Source: Candidatus Bathyarchaeota archaeon (GTDB lineage: Archaea > Thermoproteota > Bathyarchaeia > Bathyarchaeales > Bathycorpusculaceae). From it: a stretch of DNA of 64,000 nucleotides. Shown here one piece after another: positions 20,147-29,381 of this stretch. Location: positions 1,696,001 through 1,760,000 of the forward strand of contig OY970176.1 of NCBI GenBank assembly GCA_963707955.1, read 5' to 3'. The first letter of the stretch is position 1. The number at the start of each line of letters is the position of its first letter. The notes beneath the pieces are model-generated. The model saw nothing but the letters and a program-made list of their open reading frames with translations. It made no database searches and had not been told where the DNA came from. The translations under genes and the position numbers were made by a program.

Positions 20147-20757
20147 ATGACAGCGATCCCGCTTTTGACAAGTTGGGCGGATGTGATTCTGATAATTCTT
20201 TTTGGTATTCCGACGGTTATAGGAGTTTACCGTTTTTTCTTATCAAGCCTAAACTCAAAATCGAAGATTGCCACACGGGAACAGATGAGAGTAATCCAGA
20301 CTTACAAGATTGCTCTTTCTATCTTCACAATGCTGGAAAAAGAACAGCTATTGGTGTCAGAATCAAGTTTAAAATAAATCAAAAATTGCCTAAAAGACCG
20401 AAACCGCCGAAGCTTGTACATGAGTTTGGAACTTTAAATCCCAATTTTCCACAGATGCTTACGCCTTTTGATCTTGATCCTGATGAAACAATTTTAGTAA
20501 GAGTATGCGAAGTGACAAAAGACCAACGTGCCATTTTCCAACTTTTTCGAGATGATCAAGTGTTCAGGATGCCAATGCTTTCTCTGGAGAGCGGACGCAA
20601 ATATGAATTGCTTTTCCGATTCGTTGGTAGAAACTTCTCAGATAGAAAAGTGTGGCATCTTTTCCTTGATCTTAAACATGAAAAACCAATGTTTGCTTTA
20701 ATTTCTAGAAACGTATTCTCCCAATATTTGTCTGACCACCTCAGGGACAGAGGCTAG
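20147..20757 (+). CDS. Membrane-anchored hypothetical protein (cargo), frameshift in the T-run 20233-20238
   Basis: TM leader of ORF 20147 joins the 20092 frame as VYRFFLIKPKLKIED if one T is added. Confidence 0.6.
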
Positions 20758-20835
20758 TTTTCGTTTTTTTCTTTCCTTTTCTAGGGCATCTACCATTTCT
20801 TGTGTCATCGATACCATTATTTTTTTCATAGGCAT
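20698..20835 (-). CDS. Ribbon-helix-helix (CopG/Arc/MetJ-like) DNA-binding protein, 45 aa (not in the ORF track)
   Basis: MPMKKIMVSMTQEMVDALEKERKKRKLASVPEVVRQILGEYVSRN: alternating beta-strand, helix, S-x-x-E-V-V-R helix. Divergent from the transposase. Confidence 0.8.
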   Translation of the reverse strand: MPMKKIMVSMTQEMVDALEKERKKRKLASVPEVVRQILGEYVSRN

Positions 20836-20844
20836 TCTGAATCA

Positions 20845-20911
20845 CTACCGATAGATACCATTAGCAACCTTTATATTTAAGACTTGCTATTATACCATTA
20901 GATACCAATAG
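20845..20911. promoter_or_regulatory. Divergent promoter/operator between the RHH and transposase genes
   Basis: Two pairs of tandem 10-bp repeats (CTACCGATAG-ATACCATTAG 20845-20864; ATACCATTAG-ATACCAATAG 20892-20911) flank TTTATATTTAA (20870-20880). Confidence 0.7.
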
Positions 20912-20921
20912 GTGTAGCAAC

Positions 20922-22070
20922 ATGATGACTGAAAACGGAAGAATGGTTCGAGGCTTCGCAATAATAGCCCAACACCAACAGATAGAACAAAAAGAAGCCC
21001 ACACATTCAAGGTGAAAAGTCAATCTGGAAACGGTCAATACGTTGTAACCAACGGCAAAGAATGGGATTGCACTTGCCCAGACCACGCATACAGAAAGGT
21101 TGTTTGTAAACACATTTTTGCCGTTCGCTTTTGGATAAGCCTCAAAGACAAAATTGACAATGCAGATGTTTTCCAGCTTTACAGAGAATTTTCAGAGGCT
21201 TCCACATGCAAGTTTTGCGGTTCAATCAACATTATCAAATGGGGTTATCGCAAAAACAGAAACGTGAAAACTCCGAGGTTCAAGTGCAAAGATTGCGGTC
21301 AAAGCTTCGTTGTTGATGAGGGGTTCGCTAGGATGCGGTTCGATCCCAAAATCGTTTCGTTAGCTCTAGACCTTTATTTCAAGGGCATAAGCCTCAGAAA
21401 GATAGTTGATCACATCAAGCAGTTTTATGGCTTGGACATTAGCCAAATGGGAGTTTTCAAGTGGTTGCAGAAGTATGGAAGAATCATTAACGCTTACGTT
21501 GATCAGCTTGAACCAGAATTGTCAAGAGTCTGGAATACGGATGAAATGAAAATCCGCTGTGGTGGAAAATGGCTCTGGTTATGGAACGTCATGGACAATT
21601 CGACCAGATACTTACTTGCGTCTCATGTTTCTGAAGGCAGAGAAGCTTCAGACGCAAGGCAAGTATGGGCAAAAGCAAAGGAAAAGGTTGGACATAACCC
21701 AGAGGTTGTTGTAACAGATGGTTTACGCTCATACGTTGAAGCTTTCAAAAAGGAGTTTTGGACTCTGAAGAATCCGAGAACAAAGCACATGGCAAACGCT
21801 GGAATAAGAGCAAGAGCCAACAACAACGTCATTGAAAGGTTGCATGGCACGATCAGAGAACGAGACAAGGTTATGAGAGGTCTAAAGACAGAACGTACAG
21901 CAAAAACAATGACAGAAACGTACAGAACATATTACAACTGCATAAGACCTCATCAAGCTTTAAATGGGAAAACTCCGGCACAACAAGCCAACATAAAGTT
22001 AGAGCTAGGAAAGAACAAATGGCTTGGATTAATCACGGCAAGCATTCGAAAAACAGAATCACATAGTTAG
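20922..22070 (+). CDS. IS6-family DDE transposase with N-terminal SWIM and Zn-ribbon domains
   Basis: CTCPD..CKH (SWIM), CKFC..CKDC, HTH GISLRKI, catalytic WNTDEM, VVTDG and NNVIERLH. Confidence 0.9.
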   Translation: MMTENGRMVRGFAIIAQHQQIEQKEAHTFKVKSQSGNGQYVVTNGKEWDCTCPDHAYRKVVCKHIFAVRFWISLKDKIDNADVFQLYREFSEASTCKFCGSINIIKWGYRKNRNVKTPRFKCKDCGQSFVVDEGFARMRFDPKIVSLALDLYFKGISLRKIVDHIKQFYGLDISQMGVFKWLQKYGRIINAYVDQLEPELSRVWNTDEMKIRCGGKWLWLWNVMDNSTRYLLASHVSEGREASDARQVWAKAKEKVGHNPEVVVTDGLRSYVEAFKKEFWTLKNPRTKHMANAGIRARANNNVIERLHGTIRERDKVMRGLKTERTAKTMTETYRTYYNCIRPHQALNGKTPAQQANIKLELGKNKWLGLITASIRKTESHS

Positions 22071-22379
22071 CAAAGCAGAGAGCAATACAACCATTTCTAG
22101 GATCATCAAGAACAGACCAATTACGGACCACTTTGCCAGCAAACTTACATAAGATAAAACTTCCTTTTTTCTTCCATAAAGACTCAGGATACACAATGGG
22201 GCTTCTATGACGAAGGTGATCGCCACAATAAAGAAACCAAATTTGAAACCGCCAGAAAGTTTTCCAACATTGCTCCATAAGCCAAAGAGTATCGCAAAAA
22301 CAATGGCAAACATGGTAGAAGATGTATTTAGAGAAATCTCCGCAAGTTTATGCCAATGGGTTAGTTCTTTCTCACTCAT
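22059..22379 (-). CDS. Small multi-TM hypothetical protein (cargo)
   Basis: Three hydrophobic helices. Confidence 0.6.
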   Translation of the reverse strand: MSEKELTHWHKLAEISLNTSSTMFAIVFAILFGLWSNVGKLSGGFKFGFFIVAITFVIEAPLCILSLYGRKKEVLSYVSLLAKWSVIGLFLMILEMVVLLSALLTM

Positions 22380-22389
22380 CTGATACGAC

Positions 22390-22836
22390 CTAGAAGGATA
22401 TGTTGATAGAATATGTGGACTTCAGCACTTGCAGTTTGTACAGTTCTACCTTGATCGTATAAAGTCCATGATCAGGAACATTGCTCTGCCAAACTATGAC
22501 GTACTCGCCAATTGGAACATTTATCCGTGAAAAATTAGCGATGGACTGACTCACTAAAGTTATGCTGATGTTTAGGACATAGGCACCTAATGAATAAGAA
22601 GGTCCAAACAAGGGAGAAATCAAAGACTTGCTAGGGGTGTCAACCCAAACATTTTGTATATCGTCTGAGTAGCCTATCTGAATGTGGATGTCTGTTTCTT
22701 TAAAGATGGGAATGATGAAAAAAATCGTCAAAGTAACCATGATCGCAAGTAGAATAGGTAACCAATTCGACCGAAATACCGACAATTGTCTGCTTCCTTT
22801 CTTATCTTCTAGTTCACCTCCTTCCACTTTTATCAC
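22390..22836 (-). CDS. Membrane-anchored beta-rich hypothetical protein (cargo)
   Basis: One TM helix plus a beta-sandwich-like tail. Confidence 0.6.
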   Translation of the reverse strand: MIKVEGGELEDKKGSRQLSVFRSNWLPILLAIMVTLTIFFIIPIFKETDIHIQIGYSDDIQNVWVDTPSKSLISPLFGPSYSLGAYVLNISITLVSQSIANFSRINVPIGEYVIVWQSNVPDHGLYTIKVELYKLQVLKSTYSINISF

Positions 22837-22863
22837 TTTCCGTTAGCGAAAAATAGAGGTGTT

Positions 22864-23076
22864 TCAAGATGAGAAGTTTCGGCGGTTCCAACCTTCTTTG
22901 CGAACAACGAATTTTATGTCCTTTCTAGGACTGAAAGCCCTTTGCAGACTTCTTGCCCTTTTCTGGGCTTGTTTCTTAGTGCGGAAGTGTGTTCCAGCAA
23001 CAATTCTGACGGGACTTCTTCCCTGTTTTCTCACAACAAGATAAGGCTTAGACGAACCGCGTCTATGATAACTCAT
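22864..23076 (-). CDS. Small, very basic hypothetical protein (cargo)
   Basis: R/K-rich 70-aa ORF, co-oriented with the two downstream cargo genes. Confidence 0.45.
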   Translation of the reverse strand: MSYHRRGSSKPYLVVRKQGRSPVRIVAGTHFRTKKQAQKRARSLQRAFSPRKDIKFVVRKEGWNRRNFSS

Positions 23077-23187
23077 TAAGGGTTCACAGAAGAAAAATCG
23101 CAATTGTGCATAGGACTCGTTTTTTGGAGAGTTGCAACCGTGGAAATCCTATTTAGCACAGAGAGGCTATGTACATAGGGGAAAGAA

Positions 23188-23895
23188 TTGGTCGATGATC
23201 GGAAGAATGTAGCAAACGAGAAGTCAGTAAACAAGTTTCTGCTTGAATTTCATCCTCAGTTTCTAAAAGCCATAAGAGATGTCTATCCGCTAGGAGTTCT
23301 AAGCTCACTGTCAATGACAATAGCTGCATTCATAACCTCATTCGCGAAGGAATCACTTGCCCTCGCACAGACATACGCTATTGCTGCCTCGCTCATGTTT
23401 TTAGCTGCCTTTTCAATCTCTCTGATTTTGAAATTGTTTCTTGCATTGGAGAAAAATGACGAAAGCCCATCTTTAGGGCTATACGCACTTATCTCTTACA
23501 TATGCACTGGTTCAGGGATAGTCTTTCTATTCCTCACGATCACCCAATTTTGGTCTGTGCTTTCCGTAGCTAGAGTCATTATCCCAGTTTTTGCGATTCT
23601 AGTAATTGGAGTGTTTCTATTGCCACTTCCTAATATACTGAATACAGCCAAAACCTTTAACCGAAAAAGTGTCTTGGTCTTGGGTTATGTAAGTGTAGTC
23701 TGCTATTTTCTCATCGTTTTTTGTATTCTCATTGGCATACTGGCATTATATGGCATAGTCTTACCTTTTTCTGCATTGTGGGTTTATTTGCTTGCGGGAA
23801 GCCTATTTCTAGGCTTGTTCTGCGTTCTCGTTATATTAGTCCTAGGCATCATACGGCTATTCAGGAGAAACAGGCAGTCACCAACCGAAAAGTAA
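23188..23895 (+). CDS. Polytopic membrane protein (cargo)
   Basis: About 6 hydrophobic helices; ends just inside the right IR region. Confidence 0.7.
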   Translation: MVDDRKNVANEKSVNKFLLEFHPQFLKAIRDVYPLGVLSSLSMTIAAFITSFAKESLALAQTYAIAASLMFLAAFSISLILKLFLALEKNDESPSLGLYALISYICTGSGIVFLFLTITQFWSVLSVARVIIPVFAILVIGVFLLPLPNILNTAKTFNRKSVLVLGYVSVVCYFLIVFCILIGILALYGIVLPFSALWVYLLAGSLFLGLFCVLVILVLGIIRLFRRNRQSPTEK

Positions 23896-24018
23896 CATCT
23901 CCATGACAGATAAGTTTACGGTATCGGCTCGGAAATATACCAACCGATAAGTTTACAGAACCCTTTATCATTAAGTTTAATAGTTTGTCCGTGCATAAAA
24001 CGGGAAAGGCGTTGTCGT

Positions 24019-24636
24019 ATGGAAAAGCAAGCGCAGAATGGTTACATGTTCATTCCAGGGGCCACAACTGTCGGCGTAATCTTCAAAGAGGGTGTTATTC
24101 TGGCCTCTGAGAAGCGGGTTTCCTATGGTTATCTGATTGTGAGCAAAACAGGGAAGAAGGTTTTCAAACTCACGGACCACATAGGCGCGGCTTGTGCTGG
24201 ACTGGTTTCAGACATGCAGGTTCTCATCAGAGAAGTCGAAGCCTACGCAAACCTGTTTAACCTGGATGTTGGCCGACCCATATCGGTCAGATCGGCCGCT
24301 AAGTTCATGTCAAGTCTACTCTTCAACCGTCGGTTGGCACCTCTCATCACGCAGACAATCGTCGGGGGAGTGGACAAAGAGGGTCCATCAATCTACTCGC
24401 TGGACCCACTGGGTTCAGTGCTTCCGGACAAGTATACGGTCGTTGGGTCAGGAACAGAGATTGCGATGGGAGTCGTTGAGGAAGGATACAAGGACAACAT
24501 GGAAATGGATGAAGCGAAGGGCCTAGTCATGAGGGCAATGAAATCTGCCGTGAGCAGAGACATAATGAGCGGAGACGGGATAGACTTTCTGATAATAACT
24601 AAGGATGGAATAAGCGAAGAATCCGTGAAATTTTAG
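24019..24636 (+). CDS. psmB: Proteasome subunit beta
   Basis: GATTVG, KKVFKL, AGLVSD, SLDPLG, GSG, RDIMSGDG. Confidence 0.93.
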   Translation: MEKQAQNGYMFIPGATTVGVIFKEGVILASEKRVSYGYLIVSKTGKKVFKLTDHIGAACAGLVSDMQVLIREVEAYANLFNLDVGRPISVRSAAKFMSSLLFNRRLAPLITQTIVGGVDKEGPSIYSLDPLGSVLPDKYTVVGSGTEIAMGVVEEGYKDNMEMDEAKGLVMRAMKSAVSRDIMSGDGIDFLIITKDGISEESVKF

Positions 24637-24712
24637 ACCTTCCATTCTCAGCAAGATTTAAACTTTGATCTCTGCACACTAGTATTCTCCGTGAAGCAGG
24701 GAGTATTCAAAA

Positions 24713-25357
24713 TTGTCGTTTCAGCTTAGCCAGAATGAAGGCAGTTTTCTCGTGAAGCTGGCACGGAAGGCCGTTGAAGACTATTTGAAAACTGGGAAAC
24801 ACACCAAGATCCCGATGGGCGTCTCAGAAGAACTGCTAAAACCATGCGGGGTCTTCGTTACCATAAACAAGCTTGAGGGTGACCAGAAAGCTCTCAGGGG
24901 ATGCATTGGCTTTCCGTACCCGACGACGTCGCTGGTTGAAGCAGTTGTAGAGTCTGCGATAAGCGCGGCAACTCAGGACCCAAGGTTTCCACCCGTTTCT
25001 CTTGATGAACTTGATCACGTTGTCTTCGAGGTAAGCGTGCTCACACCTCCTGAGACAGTGGAGGTGAAGAATCCGAAGGAATACTGCGCCCAGATCAAGG
25101 TGGGCGAAGACGGTTTGATCGTTGAAAGAGGCGTCTGCAAGGGGCTGCTCCTGCCTCAGGTGCCTGTCAAATGGGAATGGGATGAGGAGACTTTCTTGTG
25201 TCAATGCTGCCTCAAGGCTGGCTTACCTCCAGATTCTTGGCTTGTGAAAGGCACGAAGATTTACAAGTTCAGTTCCATCATTGCCGAAGAGCTTTCACCG
25301 AAAGGCGATGTGGTGATGGTAGATATGCGAAAGAAAACAAGGACCAAGCAGCTCTAA
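24713..25357 (+). CDS. AMMECR1-domain protein
   Basis: GVFVT, LRGCIG, DPRFPP, EVSVL, GLLLPQV. Confidence 0.93.
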   Translation: MSFQLSQNEGSFLVKLARKAVEDYLKTGKHTKIPMGVSEELLKPCGVFVTINKLEGDQKALRGCIGFPYPTTSLVEAVVESAISAATQDPRFPPVSLDELDHVVFEVSVLTPPETVEVKNPKEYCAQIKVGEDGLIVERGVCKGLLLPQVPVKWEWDEETFLCQCCLKAGLPPDSWLVKGTKIYKFSSIIAEELSPKGDVVMVDMRKKTRTKQL

Positions 25358-25438
25358 AGCCCTGCGCGCAAAGTGTTTCAATTGCTGTTAACGCAGAAAA
25401 TTGTCGTCATAGAGAAAACGTGAGAGACAAGATGTGGT

Positions 25439-25774
25439 CTACACGTATTTCTTGTCCCTGTCACACCACCATCTCTGGTATTGCTCAATGTACCGTAACG
25501 GCCCGCCGCACGTGGGGCAGGTCTGCGCCGTCCTCTGTGTCTCTTGAACTTGGGCTCGTGCAGGCTTCAACACTATGAAGTCTCCTGCAGCTTGGACTTC
25601 TTCCCACGATATGTCTCGACCTTCACCTTTCTTTCCCTCAACGCGCAAAGACAAGCCCATCTTGCCAACCACGAAAGCTACGTCTTTAACGGTTCCGACA
25701 GAACGACCATCAGAATCTACAACCGCCATGCCGACGAGCATGTCCTTGGTGACGGCCTTTTCCTGTTTGGCCAT
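25439..25774 (-). CDS. PRC-barrel protein with C-terminal Zn ribbon
   Basis: LVGMAVVDSDGRSVGTVKDV; CPTCGG..WWC. Confidence 0.75.
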   Translation of the reverse strand: MAKQEKAVTKDMLVGMAVVDSDGRSVGTVKDVAFVVGKMGLSLRVEGKKGEGRDISWEEVQAAGDFIVLKPARAQVQETQRTAQTCPTCGGPLRYIEQYQRWWCDRDKKYV

Positions 25775-25993
25775 ACTTATCCTCCTTTTCGTTGGTAAGT
25801 GCGTGTGCACAGCTTAATAGTTTTACCTAAACGCTCTGCGAGTCCCAAAAAAGTTAAGAATCGCTCGGCATCATTTGCGCTTAGTGGCGCATCTTTACGT
25901 CTTCGACTTTCAATAAGACTCTCAGGCTGGTCTTTGATAAACAACCATTGAGAGAGGAAATGGAGCGCAAGGCTGTTGATGGGAAGTAGCGGT

Positions 25994-27170
25994 ATGAAAG
26001 TCTATTTTGCTCCTAATGGGATCGGTTTGGGACATGTTGGAAGATGCGTGCCTGTTGCGAGGAGGCTCAGGGAAAATGGTGCTGAAGTGGTTTTTTCAAC
26101 TTATCGGGAAGGGATAGGATACGTTGAGCGCGAGAATTTTCCACTGATAAAGGCTCCTCCTATCGGGTTCCAAGTTAAACCAGACGGGAGCGTTGATTTC
26201 ACGCAGACTGCGATCAATCCGGGCCCGTTTTTGGCCACGTTCACTCTTCTAAAACAGCTCAACGCAGAAATCAGAACGATTGAGGGTTTCAAGCCTGATG
26301 TCGTTGTTTCAGACTCGCGTGCCTCACCTTTGCTGGCGGGGAGACTTTTGAGGGTTCCCGGAATCTGCATACTAAACCAGTTCCAGCCTATAGTTCCAAG
26401 GAGAAAGCGTCTTTTACTTTTGTCAAGGTTCGCAGACGCAGTTACGTTGACTCTTGTTGGTAAAATTTGGACAGGCGGAAACACAGTTCTAATCCCGGAT
26501 TTTCCGCAACCATACACGATATCAATCGGCAATCTCACCATCCCAAAACCCTACCGAAAAAATGTAAAGCTTATAGGACCGATACTCCCGACGAAGCCAG
26601 AAGAATTACCGGCTAGAGAGGAAATATGCGAGAAATTGAACCTGCCAACAGACAGGCCAATAATATTTGCCGCAGTGAGCGGCCCAACGGCAGAGAAGGC
26701 TTTTGTAACCGGAGTTCTGAGAAGAATCCTGCTGGAGTTTCCAGAAGATTATGAAATCATATTGTCCCTTGGCTATCCAAGCGCGGACAGCAAGCCTATA
26801 CGCCATGGTAATGTTACGATTTACAAGTGGGTTCCTAACCGTTTTGAATACTTGAAAGCGTGCGACTTGGTCATAGGACGCGCAGGACATGGAACGATAA
26901 CTCAGTGTATGTGCTATGGCAAGCCCATGATACTCGTACCTACACCTGGTCACACCGAGCAGATCAGTAATGCAAAGCAGGCAGAGAGTATCGGCGTTGC
27001 AAAAATTGTCTTACAGAATCGCTTGAGCAGAGAAAAACTCCTGCAGAACGTCAAAGCGACTTTGCAGGGTAAAATGGTTGAGAGAGACTGCAGAGGTTCA
27101 AGAAGAAGTCCTGAAGTATGACGGATTGGAAAACGCTGTTCAGAACGTGATTGAAGCGGCTGGAAAATAG
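25994..27170 (+). CDS. GT28/MurG-like glycosyltransferase, frameshift at about 27087
   Basis: GIGLGHVGR, RAGHGTI, HTEQISNA. The corrected tail ERAAEVQEEVLKYDGLENAV... ends at 27170. Confidence 0.85.
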
Positions 27171-27217
27171 AAGACTGCAACAAGTGTTTTAAGCCTAATA
27201 GTTGAGAACTTAGAAGC

Positions 27218-28072
27218 ATGTTCTTGCCGCGCAAGATTCTGGAAGAGAAGCTTCGAGCATTGCTGGCTGAGGACATAGGACAAGGAGACATAACTAGTTC
27301 TTTGATAGTTCCGGCAGACACGAATGCGAGGGCTTCAGTGGTGGCAAAACAGCTGGGGATCGTTGCTGGAATTGAAGAAGCAAAGATCTTTCTGCAGAGT
27401 TTAGGACTCGAAGTCAAAGCTTCAGTGAATGACGGGAAAGAAGTGAGACCAGGTGAAGTTCTGCTCAGAATCTCCGGAGATGCTCGCACGCTTCTGGCGG
27501 CAGAACGGACCCTGCTTAATCTTCTTTCGCGCATGAGTGGCATAGCGACAACGACGAGGAACGTGGTCGAGAAGCTTCGAAAGGCCAAGGTTAAGACTAG
27601 GGTTGCGTGTACCAGAAAGACTGCGCCTGGGCTCCTGTACTTCGACAAGAAAGCCGTTCTGATAGGCGGCGGGGACACGCATAGGCTGCATCTTGATGAT
27701 ATGATCCTGATAAAAGATAATCACATCGCCCTAGCAGGAAGCGTTGAAAAGGCCGTTGAAAAAGCTAGGAAACACGCTTCTTTCAGCAAGAAGATTGAGG
27801 TTGAAGTAACCAAGGCTGAGGAAGTTCTGGCTGCTGTTCGAGCTGGAGCTGACATCGTGATGCTGGACAACTTTTCTCCGAAACAGATACAGCAGGCAAT
27901 GACTTTGCTCAAAAGAGAGAAGTATTGTGGAAAAGTTTTGTTAGAAGCCAGTGGCGGAATAACGACGGAGAACATCACGAGATTTGCCTCAACAGGGGTC
28001 GACATCGTGAGTCTGGGCGAAATAACTCAGAGCCCAAAAGCCCTAGACATGAGTCTGGAAATCAACAAATAG
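27218..28072 (+). CDS. nadC: Nicotinate-nucleotide pyrophosphorylase (carboxylating)
   Basis: CTRKTAPG, HRLHL, IKDNH, IEVE, MLDN, EASGGI. Confidence 0.96.
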   Translation: MFLPRKILEEKLRALLAEDIGQGDITSSLIVPADTNARASVVAKQLGIVAGIEEAKIFLQSLGLEVKASVNDGKEVRPGEVLLRISGDARTLLAAERTLLNLLSRMSGIATTTRNVVEKLRKAKVKTRVACTRKTAPGLLYFDKKAVLIGGGDTHRLHLDDMILIKDNHIALAGSVEKAVEKARKHASFSKKIEVEVTKAEEVLAAVRAGADIVMLDNFSPKQIQQAMTLLKREKYCGKVLLEASGGITTENITRFASTGVDIVSLGEITQSPKALDMSLEINK

Positions 28073-28097
28073 CGAAAAGTTGACTTCTCAGATCGAT

Positions 28098-28643
28098 TTA
28101 GCCGCCAGTTGCATTTATCAGAATGATTTCTATGATTGCAGATACTAACAATATCAAAGTTACAATGGCGATGAGGACAGCGGCGTTTCTAAGCTCTCTC
28201 TTGCCGTAGCCTTGCATGGTCCGTCGAATGAGCCAGACGCTTTCTGCTAGGCCTATGGACATCGAGATGTTCTCTAACCAATAGACCGGGATTAGAAAGT
28301 ATGCGAGGAGAAACAGTAGCGGCGTTAATCCCTGTGCCTTCGGAGACATGGAAAATGCGACCAATACGACGCCTGAGCTGTAGCTTGAAAAGAAGCCAAA
28401 GATTGGTCCGCCAATGGGCACGAATGTTGCTAGACAGAGAATGAGGTTGTGTCCGAAGATGTTTTCGACACTGGCTGCGGTCCGCTCCTGATCTATTTCC
28501 TGGTTTATACTGTTGGCGTCTTGTTGACTTAGGTGCGTCAGAAGTCCTACACCGGTGGCGACCTGCCACAGCAATAGAAAGACCGCGACGGTGATGATCC
28601 GCTTCCTTCTTGATGAGGATCTTTTCCAAAAACCGGGCATCAA
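28098..28643 (-). CDS. SpoIIM-like (DUF95) membrane protein
   Basis: IFGHN, WLE and SAIIE motifs in a multi-TM protein. Confidence 0.7.
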   Translation of the reverse strand: MMPGFWKRSSSRRKRIITVAVFLLLWQVATGVGLLTHLSQQDANSINQEIDQERTAASVENIFGHNLILCLATFVPIGGPIFGFFSSYSSGVVLVAFSMSPKAQGLTPLLFLLAYFLIPVYWLENISMSIGLAESVWLIRRTMQGYGKRELRNAAVLIAIVTLILLVSAIIEIILINATGG

Positions 28644-29342
28644 TCACTTAGCCTCCTTTGGGCTTATTCTTAACGCTCTGAAACCTCTTGCCACGGGGTT
28701 TAATACTTCTGTGATATTGACCTTTTTGAGAACTTCTCCTGTGTCCTCCGCGTCACCTCTTACGTCGTGCTCTGCAGGCATCAACGAGTATAGGTAGACG
28801 CTGTTTTCCGTTAGCCTTGGCTGGCATCTGGAGGGTAAACCTAGCATTACAGTTTGTTTCTCATCGATAGCTCTTGCGCTTGCATAGAGTATCGCGTGTG
28901 CGCCCGATGTTAACTCGGCGATCCTTACTGGCACGCTTTCTTTGCCTATGGCCAGCGTTTCGACCCCGTACTTTTGCCTTATTTCGTTGGCGATTTTTCT
29001 GAGCCTCGGCAACACTTTCAACAGGTGGCGTTTGGCATTTGCTGAGATTTTCATGTTGGTGAATTCTATGGGGGAGAGCTGTTCAAGCGTAACCGACCCC
29101 AAGGACATGTCGAGGTGCACAACGTCAGCCTTTGCTTTTGCAATTAGGTCCCTGCAGAGTTCTGCTTCGTGTATTATGACTTCGTGGCCGTTTTCAGCGT
29201 TGGCGAAGATGGGTTCGGCTAGAAAGGCGCTGGTTTCCCTGTATGGCGGGAGGGTCAGGACTGATGCGGCTGCAACGATCGACACCGGTTCAAACTTGCC
29301 GTTGAGTATGGCTGCTGAGGAATCTGCCGCGATTACTCTCAA
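28644..29342 (-). CDS. DUF4152-like archaeal protein
   Basis: MRVIAADSSAA, DVVHLD, IGKESVPVRIAEL. Confidence 0.7.
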   Translation of the reverse strand: MRVIAADSSAAILNGKFEPVSIVAAASVLTLPPYRETSAFLAEPIFANAENGHEVIIHEAELCRDLIAKAKADVVHLDMSLGSVTLEQLSPIEFTNMKISANAKRHLLKVLPRLRKIANEIRQKYGVETLAIGKESVPVRIAELTSGAHAILYASARAIDEKQTVMLGLPSRCQPRLTENSVYLYSLMPAEHDVRGDAEDTGEVLKKVNITEVLNPVARGFRALRISPKEAK

Positions 29343-29381
29343 CCTTTCACCTTGCTTGTCAATTAGCGCGGTGACGAGGAT

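Larger units (their letters stand above)
19704..23962. mobile_element. Autonomous IS6-family cargo transposon B (4259 bp)
   Basis: 35-bp terminal IRs (19704-19738 and 23928-23962, one mismatch) starting GGTTCTGT. 8-bp direct repeat CTTTATCA at 19696-19703 and 23963-23970. Internal DDE transposase; AT-rich cargo. Confidence 0.92.
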
